From assembly GCA_026936335.1 (NCBI GenBank), contig JAPMXV010000053.1:62001-126000 (forward strand): a stretch of 64,000 bases of DNA, in the 5' to 3' direction. The notes below the pieces were generated by a model. That model made no database searches, was not told the DNA's origin, and was given only the letters and a program-made list of their open reading frames with translations. Origin of the DNA: Mantamonas sphyraenae STR306 (Eukaryota > Protista > CRuMs). Shown in pieces: positions 25,667-35,941 of the stretch (its first letter is position 1; each line of letters opens with the position of its first letter). The position numbers and the translations under genes are program-made.

Positions 25667-27090
25667 TGTGTGTTGCCCTGCGAGTCGCCAGTTGTTGTTG
25701 GCGAGTTGTCGCCGGCCGACCCGGAGTCCGCTGTCCCAGCCGACTCAGACGCTATGTCTTCCTTCTTCTTGTCCTCTTGTTCTTGTTTCGCCTTTTGCCG
25801 TGCAGCCGCTGCTTGTGCCTCCACTGCTGCCTCAGCCGCCACCTGAACCTCGGCCTCCTCCACCATGCCGGCCCACTGCTTGCTGCTCAGGCTCACATCC
25901 TTGATGTGCTCAAACAGCTTATCGCCGTCCATTTCCGGTGGCAGGTGCGTGAGCGCATACATGCACTCGTCAAATTCACCCTGCAACAGTTCGGGCGCAA
26001 GATACGCCAGCACAGCCACGCCCGTGCGCACCACCCACAGCTCGCCCTGATAGAACAGATTGTCCCAGATGCGGCACGCCAAATCCAGGGGTAAGGACTT
26101 TGTGTACAACGTCAGAATCCAGTCCATGAGAAAGACGTCCGGCTGAATGTGCAGCTCGTCGTGCAGGTGTGCGTACAGCTCGCCATGGTGCGCCTTGAGT
26201 GCCAGCATGAAAGCGCGCATGATGCTGTTGATGGCGGGCATGTCCCACGAGTAGAAACTGTACAAAAGGCCCTTGTTCAGCAGGTTGGCCAGGCAGACAA
26301 ACGCATCCACGTGCTCCAGATTCAAGAGCAGCACAGCTGCAAGATACGACATCCCCTGCACGTACCCGACGTCTGGTCGGTAGCACACGTATGCTTCCAG
26401 CACGTCACACAGCGAGTCGTGCATCGGTGACCCCTCCTGGAAGAACGCCAGCGCGGGAAACGTCCTCTCCAGGTCCAAGGTGATCAGCTTCACCGTGTCC
26501 TCCCGTCCCTGTGCCTCCTCCTGTCGCTTTTCCTTTGTCTCAATTGCATGCTGCCTGAAAATTTCAAAGATTTTCGCGTTCACATTCAGCGCATTGCCGA
26601 TGCACAGCTGCCACACGTGCCCGCGGTGTTTCGCCGGCACCCCCTTGAACAGCGCACTGCCCACCTTTTTCTTGTCCTTCACTGCATCCCAGTCTTCCAG
26701 AAGCGATTCCCACACCCCGAGACGCTTCTCCATCTCCTTGTCCCTCTTGGCCTTCTCCTTCTCCTGCTGCCGATCCTTTTTGTCCTGCGCCTCCATCATC
26801 TTCCGGTACTCCTCCAGATGCTTCTTCTGCTCCTTCTCACTCTTGCTTGGCAGGTAGCTGGGCCGATCCACCAAAGCCGCAACTTCGTCCTCGTCCGTCC
26901 CGCTGATGCTCTTGTCCTTGCCTCGCCGCTTTCGACGCAGCCGAGAGAAGAACCCTCCGCTGCTGCTACTGCTACTGCTCACTGTTTCCTCTTCACCCAC
27001 AGACGAGGTAGACGACGAAGAAGATGTCGATGAAGCGGATGACGTCGACGACGACGTCGAATTGCGTGGTTCCTCGTCCAAATCGGCCAT
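25663..27090 (-). CDS. TBC-domain Rab GTPase-activating protein (TBC1D12/14-like)
   Basis: RPSYLPSKSEKEQKKH, GVPAKHRGHVW, ITLDLERTFP, YRPDVGYVQGMSY, RIWD. Confidence 0.9.
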   Translation of the reverse strand: MADLDEEPRNSTSSSTSSASSTSSSSSTSSVGEEETVSSSSSSSGGFFSRLRRKRRGKDKSISGTDEDEVAALVDRPSYLPSKSEKEQKKHLEEYRKMMEAQDKKDRQQEKEKAKRDKEMEKRLGVWESLLEDWDAVKDKKKVGSALFKGVPAKHRGHVWQLCIGNALNVNAKIFEIFRQHAIETKEKRQEEAQGREDTVKLITLDLERTFPALAFFQEGSPMHDSLCDVLEAYVCYRPDVGYVQGMSYLAAVLLLNLEHVDAFVCLANLLNKGLLYSFYSWDMPAINSIMRAFMLALKAHHGELYAHLHDELHIQPDVFLMDWILTLYTKSLPLDLACRIWDNLFYQGELWVVRTGVAVLAYLAPELLQGEFDECMYALTHLPPEMDGDKLFEHIKDVSLSSKQWAGMVEEAEVQVAAEAAVEAQAAAARQKAKQEQEDKKKEDIASESAGTADSGSAGDNSPTTTGDSQGNTQ

Positions 27091-27223
27091 TTGTGGACTG
27101 GATGCGCCAGCGCAACTTTCTTTCCCCCTTCTCATCCTCATCCACCCTTCTCACCCTCTCTCACACACTAAATTGCGCCATTGATTGTCTTGCACTCTCA
27201 CCGACCCCCCACTAACAATCAAA

Positions 27224-28435
27224 TCACCGCGAAAACAGGTTGAGGCGCATGTTCAACACGAGCGTGGTCGCACCAAACAGAAAATAGAGATACCGGATGG
27301 CCACAGTCGATGTGATGCGCACTGTGGCCACAGTGCACCCAGCCGGTGTCGCTTTGATGTACGAAAGGGCTTGGACCAGCCGTTCAAACCCAGGTTTGGC
27401 TGCCTGCGAGCCAACATAGTCCTGCACCCACTCGACCATCTGTGTGCAGTGCGTAGTCACTCTAGAAAACAGCATCAGCATGCACAGCAGCGTCAAGTTG
27501 TTGGACAGAACATAGAGCAGTTCGACGTTTGTCAGCTCCCCCTGGAACGCTGTGATCACCATGAAAAACGCCAGCAGGAACATGAACGGCAGCGTGAGGT
27601 AGCTCAAGTTCCAGCAAGTGTCGTCCAACAGCCTTTTTGTCGCCCAGTGCAACGTGACAATCAGCGAGGACGTTTCGTCAGCTTCTCGTTCTCTCTGCAG
27701 AACCCCGATCAGCTCCTGGCGCTGTCGGCTCGCAAACTCGTTGGCACACAGCGTGATGAAAATCATCGTGCACAGCGAAGTCTCAAACGCAAGCACAACA
27801 AAGTTGCGGTGGAGAACATTCAGCGCCCAAATCCAGTTTGCAGCCTGGCCAAACTTCTCGTGGTCCTCGATAATCAGCACCAGCAGCTGCGTGTAGTTGC
27901 CCAGCACCAGAAAGGGAATCATCAACACCGCAAACAAGTAAACGCACAACTTGGCTTGGTTCTCAAACGAACGTGAGCTGTGCATCTGCGTGATCATCCC
28001 TGCCAGGTCCACCAGCAGATGTGCACGCACGTATGTGTACGCAAACACATAAATCACAAAGTAGAACACGTGGATGACGATAAACACCGGCTCCGAGTAC
28101 AGTGCACTCACCACACAGCGAGTGAAAAGCACGGAAAACACGACCAAGGTCCACAGCAGCCGCAGAATGCCCAAAGGGCTGCTCATGTCAGGCGGAATCA
28201 ACTCATACCACTGAAACCCGAGCTCTGTCCACGATCGCTCCTTGAATTTGGCCAGTGGCGCCGTCTGGATCGAAAGCTCGGTGTCGAAGCGCTGCCTAGC
28301 ACCTGCAAGGCCGCGCACATCATCACGGGTCACCCAATATCCGCCTACATTGTTCAGCATCAACACAAACTCCAGCCACTTCCCCTTGGAAGCTGGCACA
28401 GAACCCGGTGCCTCCTCAAGCAGGCGTTCCCGCAT
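27224..28435 (-). CDS. 7TM ion-channel / gustatory-receptor-like protein, paralogue 1 (~403 aa)
   Basis: About 7 hydrophobic segments; C-terminus LSYIKATPAGCTVATVRITSTVAIRYLYFLFG; motifs shared with 34582-35856 and 43082-44301. Confidence 0.7.
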   Translation of the reverse strand: MRERLLEEAPGSVPASKGKWLEFVLMLNNVGGYWVTRDDVRGLAGARQRFDTELSIQTAPLAKFKERSWTELGFQWYELIPPDMSSPLGILRLLWTLVVFSVLFTRCVVSALYSEPVFIVIHVFYFVIYVFAYTYVRAHLLVDLAGMITQMHSSRSFENQAKLCVYLFAVLMIPFLVLGNYTQLLVLIIEDHEKFGQAANWIWALNVLHRNFVVLAFETSLCTMIFITLCANEFASRQRQELIGVLQREREADETSSLIVTLHWATKRLLDDTCWNLSYLTLPFMFLLAFFMVITAFQGELTNVELLYVLSNNLTLLCMLMLFSRVTTHCTQMVEWVQDYVGSQAAKPGFERLVQALSYIKATPAGCTVATVRITSTVAIRYLYFLFGATTLVLNMRLNLFSR

Positions 28436-28473
28436 CGACCTGACCAACTTTGGTTTCGTCGGCGCCGTGCGCG

Positions 28474-29004
28474 CTATTCCCTCTTCTCTCTGCCCTGTAC
28501 CAGCCTCAACAGGATCGTCACAAATGCATGTGCAAATACACACACATGCGCCAGAGTCCAAACCATCAGTGCCTGCTGCACGCGAGGGAGAGGATCACGC
28601 AACGACAGCACATACTCTCCCAGAGCCAGACACATGGACCCCAGCGCACACGCTGCCGCTACAAACAGCCTCAACAAGGACGCACTCCACTGTATGGCGT
28701 TGTCTGGAAATGCAATGTGCAACCACGGCCTGTACAACAGAAGCGCCCCGAGCTGCATCACCATGGCTGCAAAATGCATCTTCAACAGCCGTGGAGTGTA
28801 CCATCCGTTTGTGTCTGCTGCGAACTGGGCCATGGCAGATGACCCGTACACAACCCATGCTGCAGCCGCCGGGAGCAGAACAAAGACTCTGATCCATGGC
28901 CGCTTTCCGGCTTGTCTCAAGCTTGCCGCGTGCACAACCAGCACCAGCAGCACAAACAACCCATGCACAGCCTGCCAGTGCTCCGCAGACTCCATGTGTC
29001 GCAT
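28474..29004 (-). CDS. Hypothetical multi-pass membrane protein (~175 aa)
   Basis: Open frame with 4-5 hydrophobic segments; no family recognised. Confidence 0.55.
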   Translation of the reverse strand: MRHMESAEHWQAVHGLFVLLVLVVHAASLRQAGKRPWIRVFVLLPAAAAWVVYGSSAMAQFAADTNGWYTPRLLKMHFAAMVMQLGALLLYRPWLHIAFPDNAIQWSASLLRLFVAAACALGSMCLALGEYVLSLRDPLPRVQQALMVWTLAHVCVFAHAFVTILLRLVQGREKRE

Positions 29005-29060
29005 GAATCCAGGCCTCGCCGCCCTTGCTCGCCCAACCATTTCCTCTTGCGCCGTTTTCG

Positions 29061-29683
29061 ATGCACCTGCTCGCGCACTGGAGCCACTCCGACCGCCGCA
29101 TTCTGTACATAGTCCTTGCGGCTGCAGTGCTCTACTTTGGCAGCGTCACCTCCCTCATCATGGCTGTACGTCCCCTTGCCGGCAAACTCGTTGCGCCTCA
29201 ACGGCATCCTCGCACGCCACAGGCATCGACTCACCCGCCCACACCCCACCCCCCACACCTTCCATCTTCCCCGTACAATGCCCCGTTGACCCTCCCCAGT
29301 TTGGCCCAGACTCGTCCAGGCCACTCGCCAGCGAGGAGGACGCCTCCGACGAAGCAGAACTCTTCTTCCACACACAGGTCAAGCCCGCGCGTAACCACCA
29401 CGGCAGGTTCGAGCAGTCGATGCGCGAAGGAATTGCCCAGTCGTTTGTGGGCGATAGCAGGCTGGATCCCCTCGTGGCCGACCAAGCTGCAGACCCTGGC
29501 GAACTTGCAGCCGCGCCGGCCACAGGGGCATCCCCCGAGGAGCTGCGCAAGGCCCTCAAGCAGGCTTTGGAACGCGCCAAACTGGCCGAGGAGCGTCTAG
29601 CCTTGTGCGAGGCCAGGCAAGCACTGGAAGCGGCGCCTGCAACAGCAACAGCAACAGCCACACTCTCCACAATCGACACATAA
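29061..29683 (+). CDS. Hypothetical single-pass protein with C-terminal coiled coil (structure uncertain; intron and/or frameshift)
   Basis: N-terminal TM segment RRILYIVLAAAVLYFGSVTSLIM in one frame and the coiled coil EELRKALKQALERAKLAEERL in another. Confidence 0.35.
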
Positions 29684-29709
29684 ACTGCTCACGGATGAAT
29701 TCATTGTTG

Positions 29710-31455
29710 TCAGCGCTCTTCACGCCACTCTGCATGCATGCTGTTGCGCACCTGCCGTGCCAGTGCACGCAGCTCATCCGAATGGCGTCCGCTGCGAGCT
29801 ATTTCGTCCATCGCATCCTCCACGTAGTTCCACAGTGCCGAACGCGGTGCAACAAGCTCGAACGCCATGTCCATGCTCTTGAGCAGCTCATACCGCGCCG
29901 CTTCCGGCACACGTGTGTCCAAGCTCAACCGGCTGGCCATGTACAGGACCGCCACACGCAGCCGGTGCGTGTGCTCACGGTTTGTTGGCGAGCGCAGCAC
30001 ATTGCTCAGCACTTTGGCAGCAGCCACTTTGGTTTCCTCGCTTGCACCTGTGTACATGTCTGGCTTGGACCTCGCAAACGGGTTGTCCAACAACCTCGCC
30101 GCCACCTGCAGCACACCAGAGTCTGCCAGACCTTCCAGTACACTGCTAAAGTCAAACTCCCCCACGGCTTCTGGCTGCTCCAATCGCACGCGATCCATCA
30201 GCTCCAGCTCATCCTGGCTCACCCTGGCCAACACTGCCATCCCGTTCCGCATGTCGCCCAGACGCAACAGCACAGCCCCTTGCATGATCTGAACAAATGA
30301 CAGCTGCGGGGACTCCATCTCTTCCAGCTTCTCCACCAGCACATTCAGCCGCTGCAAACCATCCGACAGCTGGCCCACCTGCAACGTAGCCATGGCCAGG
30401 TGCCCTTCGATTTCCACATCCTCCTCCTCCGGATGCAGCCCTCGCAGCACCTCCTCTGCATTTTCTGGCTTGCCTTTGGCCATCCACGTCGCTGCCACAG
30501 AGAACGCTGCCGCCTGCATCCGATCCCACAGCCGCTCGTTTTCGCGGATCCTCTCCCCCAGACTCAGAGTGTAGCGCAGGAAAGCCATCACCTCCTTGTC
30601 AAAGCCTTCTGTCTCGGGTGATTGTAGCACCATCGCTGCCAGCTCCAGCAGGATCACAGCTGCTTGGTGCAGAGGCCGCTCCATGTATGTCGGATCATCC
30701 CGTTCGCGCTGCTCCCTGATCACATGCTCCATCACAAACCGAGCCTCCAGCGCCGCCTCGTCGAGTAGTTCCGAGTCCCCTCTTTGCTCTGCCAGCTGCT
30801 GTGCAAGCCTTGCCAGGTGCACACGCGCCCTCAAAAACTCCTTGTCCGCGGCCACTGCCCTCCGTGCCTCAGCCAGCGCCCGGTCAGGGTCTCTCTTGCG
30901 CAGAGCCACAGAACGCAGCAACGCGGCGTGTTTGTCCCCTGGGTTCAGGTCCTCCATCTTGTTGCACAGGCCCAGCACCATTTCAACCTCTCCTTTCCGC
31001 AGCAAGTTCACCGCCAGCTTCCGCAGCGTCGACAACAACGCTTCGACGTCCTCTTCCTCCTCTTCCTCCTCCTCCCCTTCTCCCCCCTCCTCCCCCTCCT
31101 CTCGTTCTTCCTCCTCCTTCTCCTCTACCCCTTCCTCCTGACCCGTTCGATCCACAGCAAACACAACCCCGTTTTCCCTCACAGTCGCCACGCACACCAA
31201 TCCCAATCCAACGACCACTCCCATACGCTGCTGTATGTCCACTCTGCTTGTCCTTGCCCGCCTTAAACCCGCCTCACTGACCCTCCATGCTTCCCACGCT
31301 GCCGTTGCCCTTTCTTTCCCGCTCGCACGGCTGCCCATGTCACGCCACACACGCACACCGTCCACACCGCCCACACGCAGGCTTGTTTCTCTTGGCTGTC
31401 CTCCTCTCAGCACACGCGCTATGCCCACACGCCCGTGCCGCACCCGTTTAAACAT
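29710..31455 (-). CDS. TPR-containing protein, possibly mitochondrial
   Basis: Arg-rich N-terminus, a short hydrophobic segment, a poly-Glu tract and TPR-like helices (ALAEARRAVAADKEF). Confidence 0.65.
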   Translation of the reverse strand: MFKRVRHGRVGIARVLRGGQPRETSLRVGGVDGVRVWRDMGSRASGKERATAAWEAWRVSEAGLRRARTSRVDIQQRMGVVVGLGLVCVATVRENGVVFAVDRTGQEEGVEEKEEEEREEGEEGGEGEEEEEEEEDVEALLSTLRKLAVNLLRKGEVEMVLGLCNKMEDLNPGDKHAALLRSVALRKRDPDRALAEARRAVAADKEFLRARVHLARLAQQLAEQRGDSELLDEAALEARFVMEHVIREQRERDDPTYMERPLHQAAVILLELAAMVLQSPETEGFDKEVMAFLRYTLSLGERIRENERLWDRMQAAAFSVAATWMAKGKPENAEEVLRGLHPEEEDVEIEGHLAMATLQVGQLSDGLQRLNVLVEKLEEMESPQLSFVQIMQGAVLLRLGDMRNGMAVLARVSQDELELMDRVRLEQPEAVGEFDFSSVLEGLADSGVLQVAARLLDNPFARSKPDMYTGASEETKVAAAKVLSNVLRSPTNREHTHRLRVAVLYMASRLSLDTRVPEAARYELLKSMDMAFELVAPRSALWNYVEDAMDEIARSGRHSDELRALARQVRNSMHAEWREER

Positions 31456-31633
31456 TCTTGCGGACGACTCTTGGACCGCCTGGCGCTCTCTTGCCACACA
31501 CACCAGACCCATCATCACGCTTTCCATCCCTTCCCCACACTCTATGCACCCATCCACTTTTGTGTTGTGCAGTTCCCGACATCAACAATGCGTCTCCGAA
31601 TCCAACGAAATCCGGGAACTTTCCTCCGCAAAA

Positions 31634-34573
31634 ATGTCCAACAGCACCACAAGCGACAATGACATCACTCCCGTCATCCTTGTCCTCGACGACGACGAGG
31701 AGGAAGACATGGACCAAGATCAAATGCAGCTCGACAACCTGTCTGGCCATGGGACCGGCTCCAACGACGAAGACGGTCCGGCCTCCTTGTCAGTTTCCGG
31801 CCACGTTCCCGCCGCACCTCCCCTTCCCCGCCCACAGCCCTGTGTGCACACCCACAGCCTCTCCAGTGCTGACCCCAAGCCCCATTGTGTTGTTCACAAC
31901 TCCCTCACCCATCCAAATCTACAGGGATGACCACGGTTCCTCCCTACTGGCTGTCGACTCGGCTCAGATTGAGGAGCGCAACACGATCAACCAGCTTTTC
32001 AAGGGCGACCGCCTCCTCGTCGACATCGTGCAGAGTGCACGCGACGCCCAGGACCGCCAAGGCCGCGAGCTAGACGACGAGGAGATGCGAGGTGTCAGCC
32101 AGGACCCCAAGGAACCCGTCGAACCCGCCGAGAAGCAAGGCTGGATTGTGGGCGTCTTTCTCCCCTGTACCCAGAACATCCTCGGTGTCATCCTCTTTCT
32201 GCGCATGGCTTGGATTGTTGGACAGGCTGGCATCATCGAAGCCTCTGCAATCGTCCTCGTGTGTGCCTCCACAACCTTCATTACCTCCCTTTCCCTCGCA
32301 GCCATCTCCACCAACGGCAAGGTCGGTGCAGGTGGTGCCTTTTCCCTCCTCACAAAGAGCCTCGGTCCTAGCATTGCTGGCGTTGCCGGCACTCTTCTGA
32401 TGGCTGCCAACAGCTGTGGCTCCGCCATGTACATTCTCGGCGCCGTCGAAACCATCGTCAGCCTCATCCCAGGCCTGGACACAAACACTGGCATCGACCG
32501 CACTCTTCTCAACTCCCTCATTGGCTTGGTTCTCCTTGTCCTCCTCACCTCCATCGTCCTCCTCGGTGTCGGCATCGTTTCCAAAATGGCCAACCCCGCT
32601 CTCGTCGGCGTCTTTGTCACCATCATCTGCATCATGATTGGTCTCTTTATTGGTAACGCTCGTCCTGACGCCTACCCTGGTGTCGAAGCCGTTGGCTCCC
32701 AGTTTGTGGCAAACCTCGGCGCTGCCTATCAGGCCGGCGTCTCCTTCCAGAGCCTTATCGCTCTGTTCTACCCGTCCGTCACGGGTATCCTCGCTGGTTC
32801 CAACCGCAGCGGTGATTTGAAGAAGCCCAGCTTTGCCATTCCGGTGGGCACAGTCGGCGCCATTGGCTTCACCACCTTTATCTACCTCCTGCACGTCTGG
32901 ATGTTTGGCATGGTAGTCGACCGCTCCCTGCTCCTCTCCAAGGATCCATCCATCATTGTGGCCGCTGTCGTCTCGTGGCCCGCCGCCATTGTGGTGCAGA
33001 TTGGCATCCTGCTCAGTTCGCTCGGAGCAGGTCTCCAAACACTGGTCAGCGCCCCGAAGCTGCTCCAGGCCATTGTCTATGCTGATGTCCTGCCCGGCAC
33101 CCACGCCCTCAAGGGAGAGCACAGCCGTCTCAAGTGTGTCGGCGTGGTGGTCCTCATTTCAGCTGGATGCATCATGGCCGGCAACCTCGACGCCATCACT
33201 CCTATCATCACCAACTTCTTCCTCATCACCTACATGTTCATCAATCTGGCTTGTGCTGCCCTGGCCTTTGTCGACGATCCCAGCTGGCGTCCCGCCTTCC
33301 GCTACTTCTCCAAGTGGCTGAGCGCCTTTGGCACCATTGCCATCACCTTTCTCATGTTCTACATCGAGTACCTGTGGGCGTTGGCCTCGTTGTTTGTCGC
33401 AGGCCTACTCTACATGCTCATCCGCAAGCAGCACGTGCAGCAACAGTGGGGTGATGCCCTGACGGCCATGAAAGTTGACGCCGCCTGGACCAGCGTGGCT
33501 CGCCTGCCCAAGGAGATCCACGTGCGCAACTGGCGCCCGCAAATCATGTGCTTTGTGGACCTGAACAACCAGGGCACGCCGTGCAATCCGCTCTTGCTCT
33601 CCTTTGTCATTGCACTCAAAGAGTCGCGCGGATTCAACCTGTTTGTCAATCTGCAGCGAGGCAAGCCCGGCGACCCCGAGCAAATGGCCGGAGCCAAGGA
33701 GATGGAGCACCGCATGGATGCCCTCATTGAAGCCATGGGCATTCCGGGCTTCACACGCTCCGTGGTGTGCGAAAACCCCGTTCATGCAACCCTCACCATC
33801 ATTCAGAGTGCCGGCATGGGCTCCCTTGTGCCCAACACAGTCCTCACCGAGTTTCCCCCATGGATTCGAGCGATCTGGGCAGCCAGCAGTTTGTCACGGC
33901 CATGCAGACGGCGCGAGCCAACGGCAAGACGTTCCTGGCCGCACACATCGACTCGGAATTCCTGATGCCCGAGCGCGACGAAGGTTTCATTGATCTGTGG
34001 TGGATTGTGATGGACGGCGGCTTGCTCATGTTGCTGGGCTGGCTGATGTCCAAGTCGCAGCGATTCAGCAAGAGCAAGCTGCGGCTGTTTCTGATTGCGG
34101 ACGTTGAGGACAACAGCATTGCCATCGAGCGAGACGTCAAGGCAGCGCTGACGGACCTTCGCATCCACGCAGAGGTGACTGTGATCGAGTTGGAAGTGTC
34201 TGACTCGGAGTTTGCCTACAGCCGCACAATGGAGCGGCTGGAACGCACCAGGCGTCTCAAAAGCCTCGGCCTGGAGGACACGACCGATCTCGACCTGCTG
34301 CGCGACCAGGAGTACACGCCGCGCAAGCGCAAGGACAGCACCAATGTGCAGTCTCACGTGACCTCCATGGTCACAGCCACGCGTTGCAACGAGCTCATGC
34401 GCAAAGAAAGCGCAAACTCCTCGGTGGTCTTTGTCAACATCCCGTCGCCGCCAGAAAACAAGCGACAGCATAGCCTGTTTCTGACCTATCTCGAATCGCT
34501 GATCGAGGGGTTGCGCACCGTTGTCATGGTGCGTGGTTCGGGTGTCGAGTTGTTTGACAAGTTTGGCGAATGA
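31634..34573 (+). CDS. SLC12 cation-chloride cotransporter (KCC/CCC-like); 1 intron and an apparent 1-nt deletion at C5 near 33857
   Basis: GVFLPCTQNILGVILFLR, AISTNG, YPSVTGILAGSNRSGDL, WRPAFRY, NWRPQI, IDLWWIVMDGGLLML, VMVRGSGVE. Confidence 0.92.
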
Positions 34574-34581
34574 ACAGAAAC

Positions 34582-35856
34582 TCATCCACTCAACGAGCTG
34601 CCCACTGAGCTTACGCTCCTCAAAAGGAACAGCAGTGCGGCCACGATGGCATAGGCGTAGTTTGCGGCCACGGCGGGTGTGATTGGCACGCTGCCGACAA
34701 AGAACGCAGAACGCGTGCCCAGAAAGACCACGAGTGGTTGGACGTCTCGCAGATCGGTGCCCCGCATGCGACCGGCTGTGTCGTACAATTGACGATTGTA
34801 CTCGTTGCACGCAAAGGTGATGTTGGCCATTGCGCGAAGGGTGACGAGCAGCGTGAGCCCTGCGGTGCCCGTCACGGTAAATGTCAGCGCATTCATGGTG
34901 GGCACAAGCGCACTGGTGACAATGATACCACCCAGCATGGCCAGAATGGTGCCGGACAAGGGAAGCAGCTGGTAGCACGATTGGGTGAGCAGATTGACCA
35001 GGGTGTGGTGCAAAGCGACACCACGGTCGCAAACCTGAGCGCCTGACAGGCCAGCCGAGGTGTCGCCCCCCTCGTCAACGTGGCACACGCGCATTTGCAT
35101 GATTGTCACCCTGTCCTGTACGTCGTCCACCACGTTGTGCATGAGGGTCAGGAAGAACGCCAGGTGGGCAAACCCCAGCGCCATGGACAGGTAGCCAAAA
35201 AGAAACATGACAATCAAACCGACAATCCCCCACACGGGATAGGGTTGTTGGCTCACGTAGATGGCCGAGGGAATGGTGGTAATGAGCCAGAAAAGCGCGC
35301 CAAAGAGCACGCCACGACGTGCAGCGCTCTCCACTCGTGCGTGCACGTCACGCTGCATCATCCCACGCACCACAGTGTGCAGCAAACGCATGGCCAGGGC
35401 ACGGTGCCACAGTCCCTGGCACACAATGAGGATGGTCAGCCCTACGGGCTGCAACATGGCAAACACCCTCTCCAGCAACGAAGGGATAGCGGCCAGGTTC
35501 GACGCTGCCGTGCCCATGTAAAAGATCAACCCGCACCATAGGACAAGGCCCCAGAGGAGTCGCAAGAGGCCTCCCAGCGATGAGATGTCTGGCGAAAGCA
35601 AGTGCCAGACCTCCACGTTGAGGCCCACCTTGTTCAGCGAGCGGTAAATGTGCACCTTGCTTGCTCCGCTGATGCCATCGATGAGCTCTTCGGCCCCGTA
35701 TTCTTCCTCGCTGTCCGCCCGTGAGGCTATCGTGTCCTCAAACGCGGTCAGCTCCTCCGCAGGGATCCACGCTGCGAGCACGCCACCCGTCTGCATCAGT
35801 GTGCGCAGCCATGGCATCGTACGCCTGCGAGGGTTATTCAGCAACGATGTGTGCAT
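34582..35856 (-). CDS. 7TM ion-channel / gustatory-receptor-like protein, paralogue 2 (424 aa)
   Basis: About 7 TM segments; C-terminus LVVFLGTRSAFFVGSVPITPAVAANYAYAIVAALLFLL; shared family motifs. Confidence 0.7.
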   Translation of the reverse strand: MHTSLLNNPRRRTMPWLRTLMQTGGVLAAWIPAEELTAFEDTIASRADSEEEYGAEELIDGISGASKVHIYRSLNKVGLNVEVWHLLSPDISSLGGLLRLLWGLVLWCGLIFYMGTAASNLAAIPSLLERVFAMLQPVGLTILIVCQGLWHRALAMRLLHTVVRGMMQRDVHARVESAARRGVLFGALFWLITTIPSAIYVSQQPYPVWGIVGLIVMFLFGYLSMALGFAHLAFFLTLMHNVVDDVQDRVTIMQMRVCHVDEGGDTSAGLSGAQVCDRGVALHHTLVNLLTQSCYQLLPLSGTILAMLGGIIVTSALVPTMNALTFTVTGTAGLTLLVTLRAMANITFACNEYNRQLYDTAGRMRGTDLRDVQPLVVFLGTRSAFFVGSVPITPAVAANYAYAIVAALLFLLRSVSSVGSSLSG

Positions 35857-35941
35857 TGAGCCAGCAGTGATTTGGGTGGTGTTGGGTCATCATGCGCGCT
35901 CGCCACCACCCGAAACCCAAACTTGACTCCCCAACCGCACA

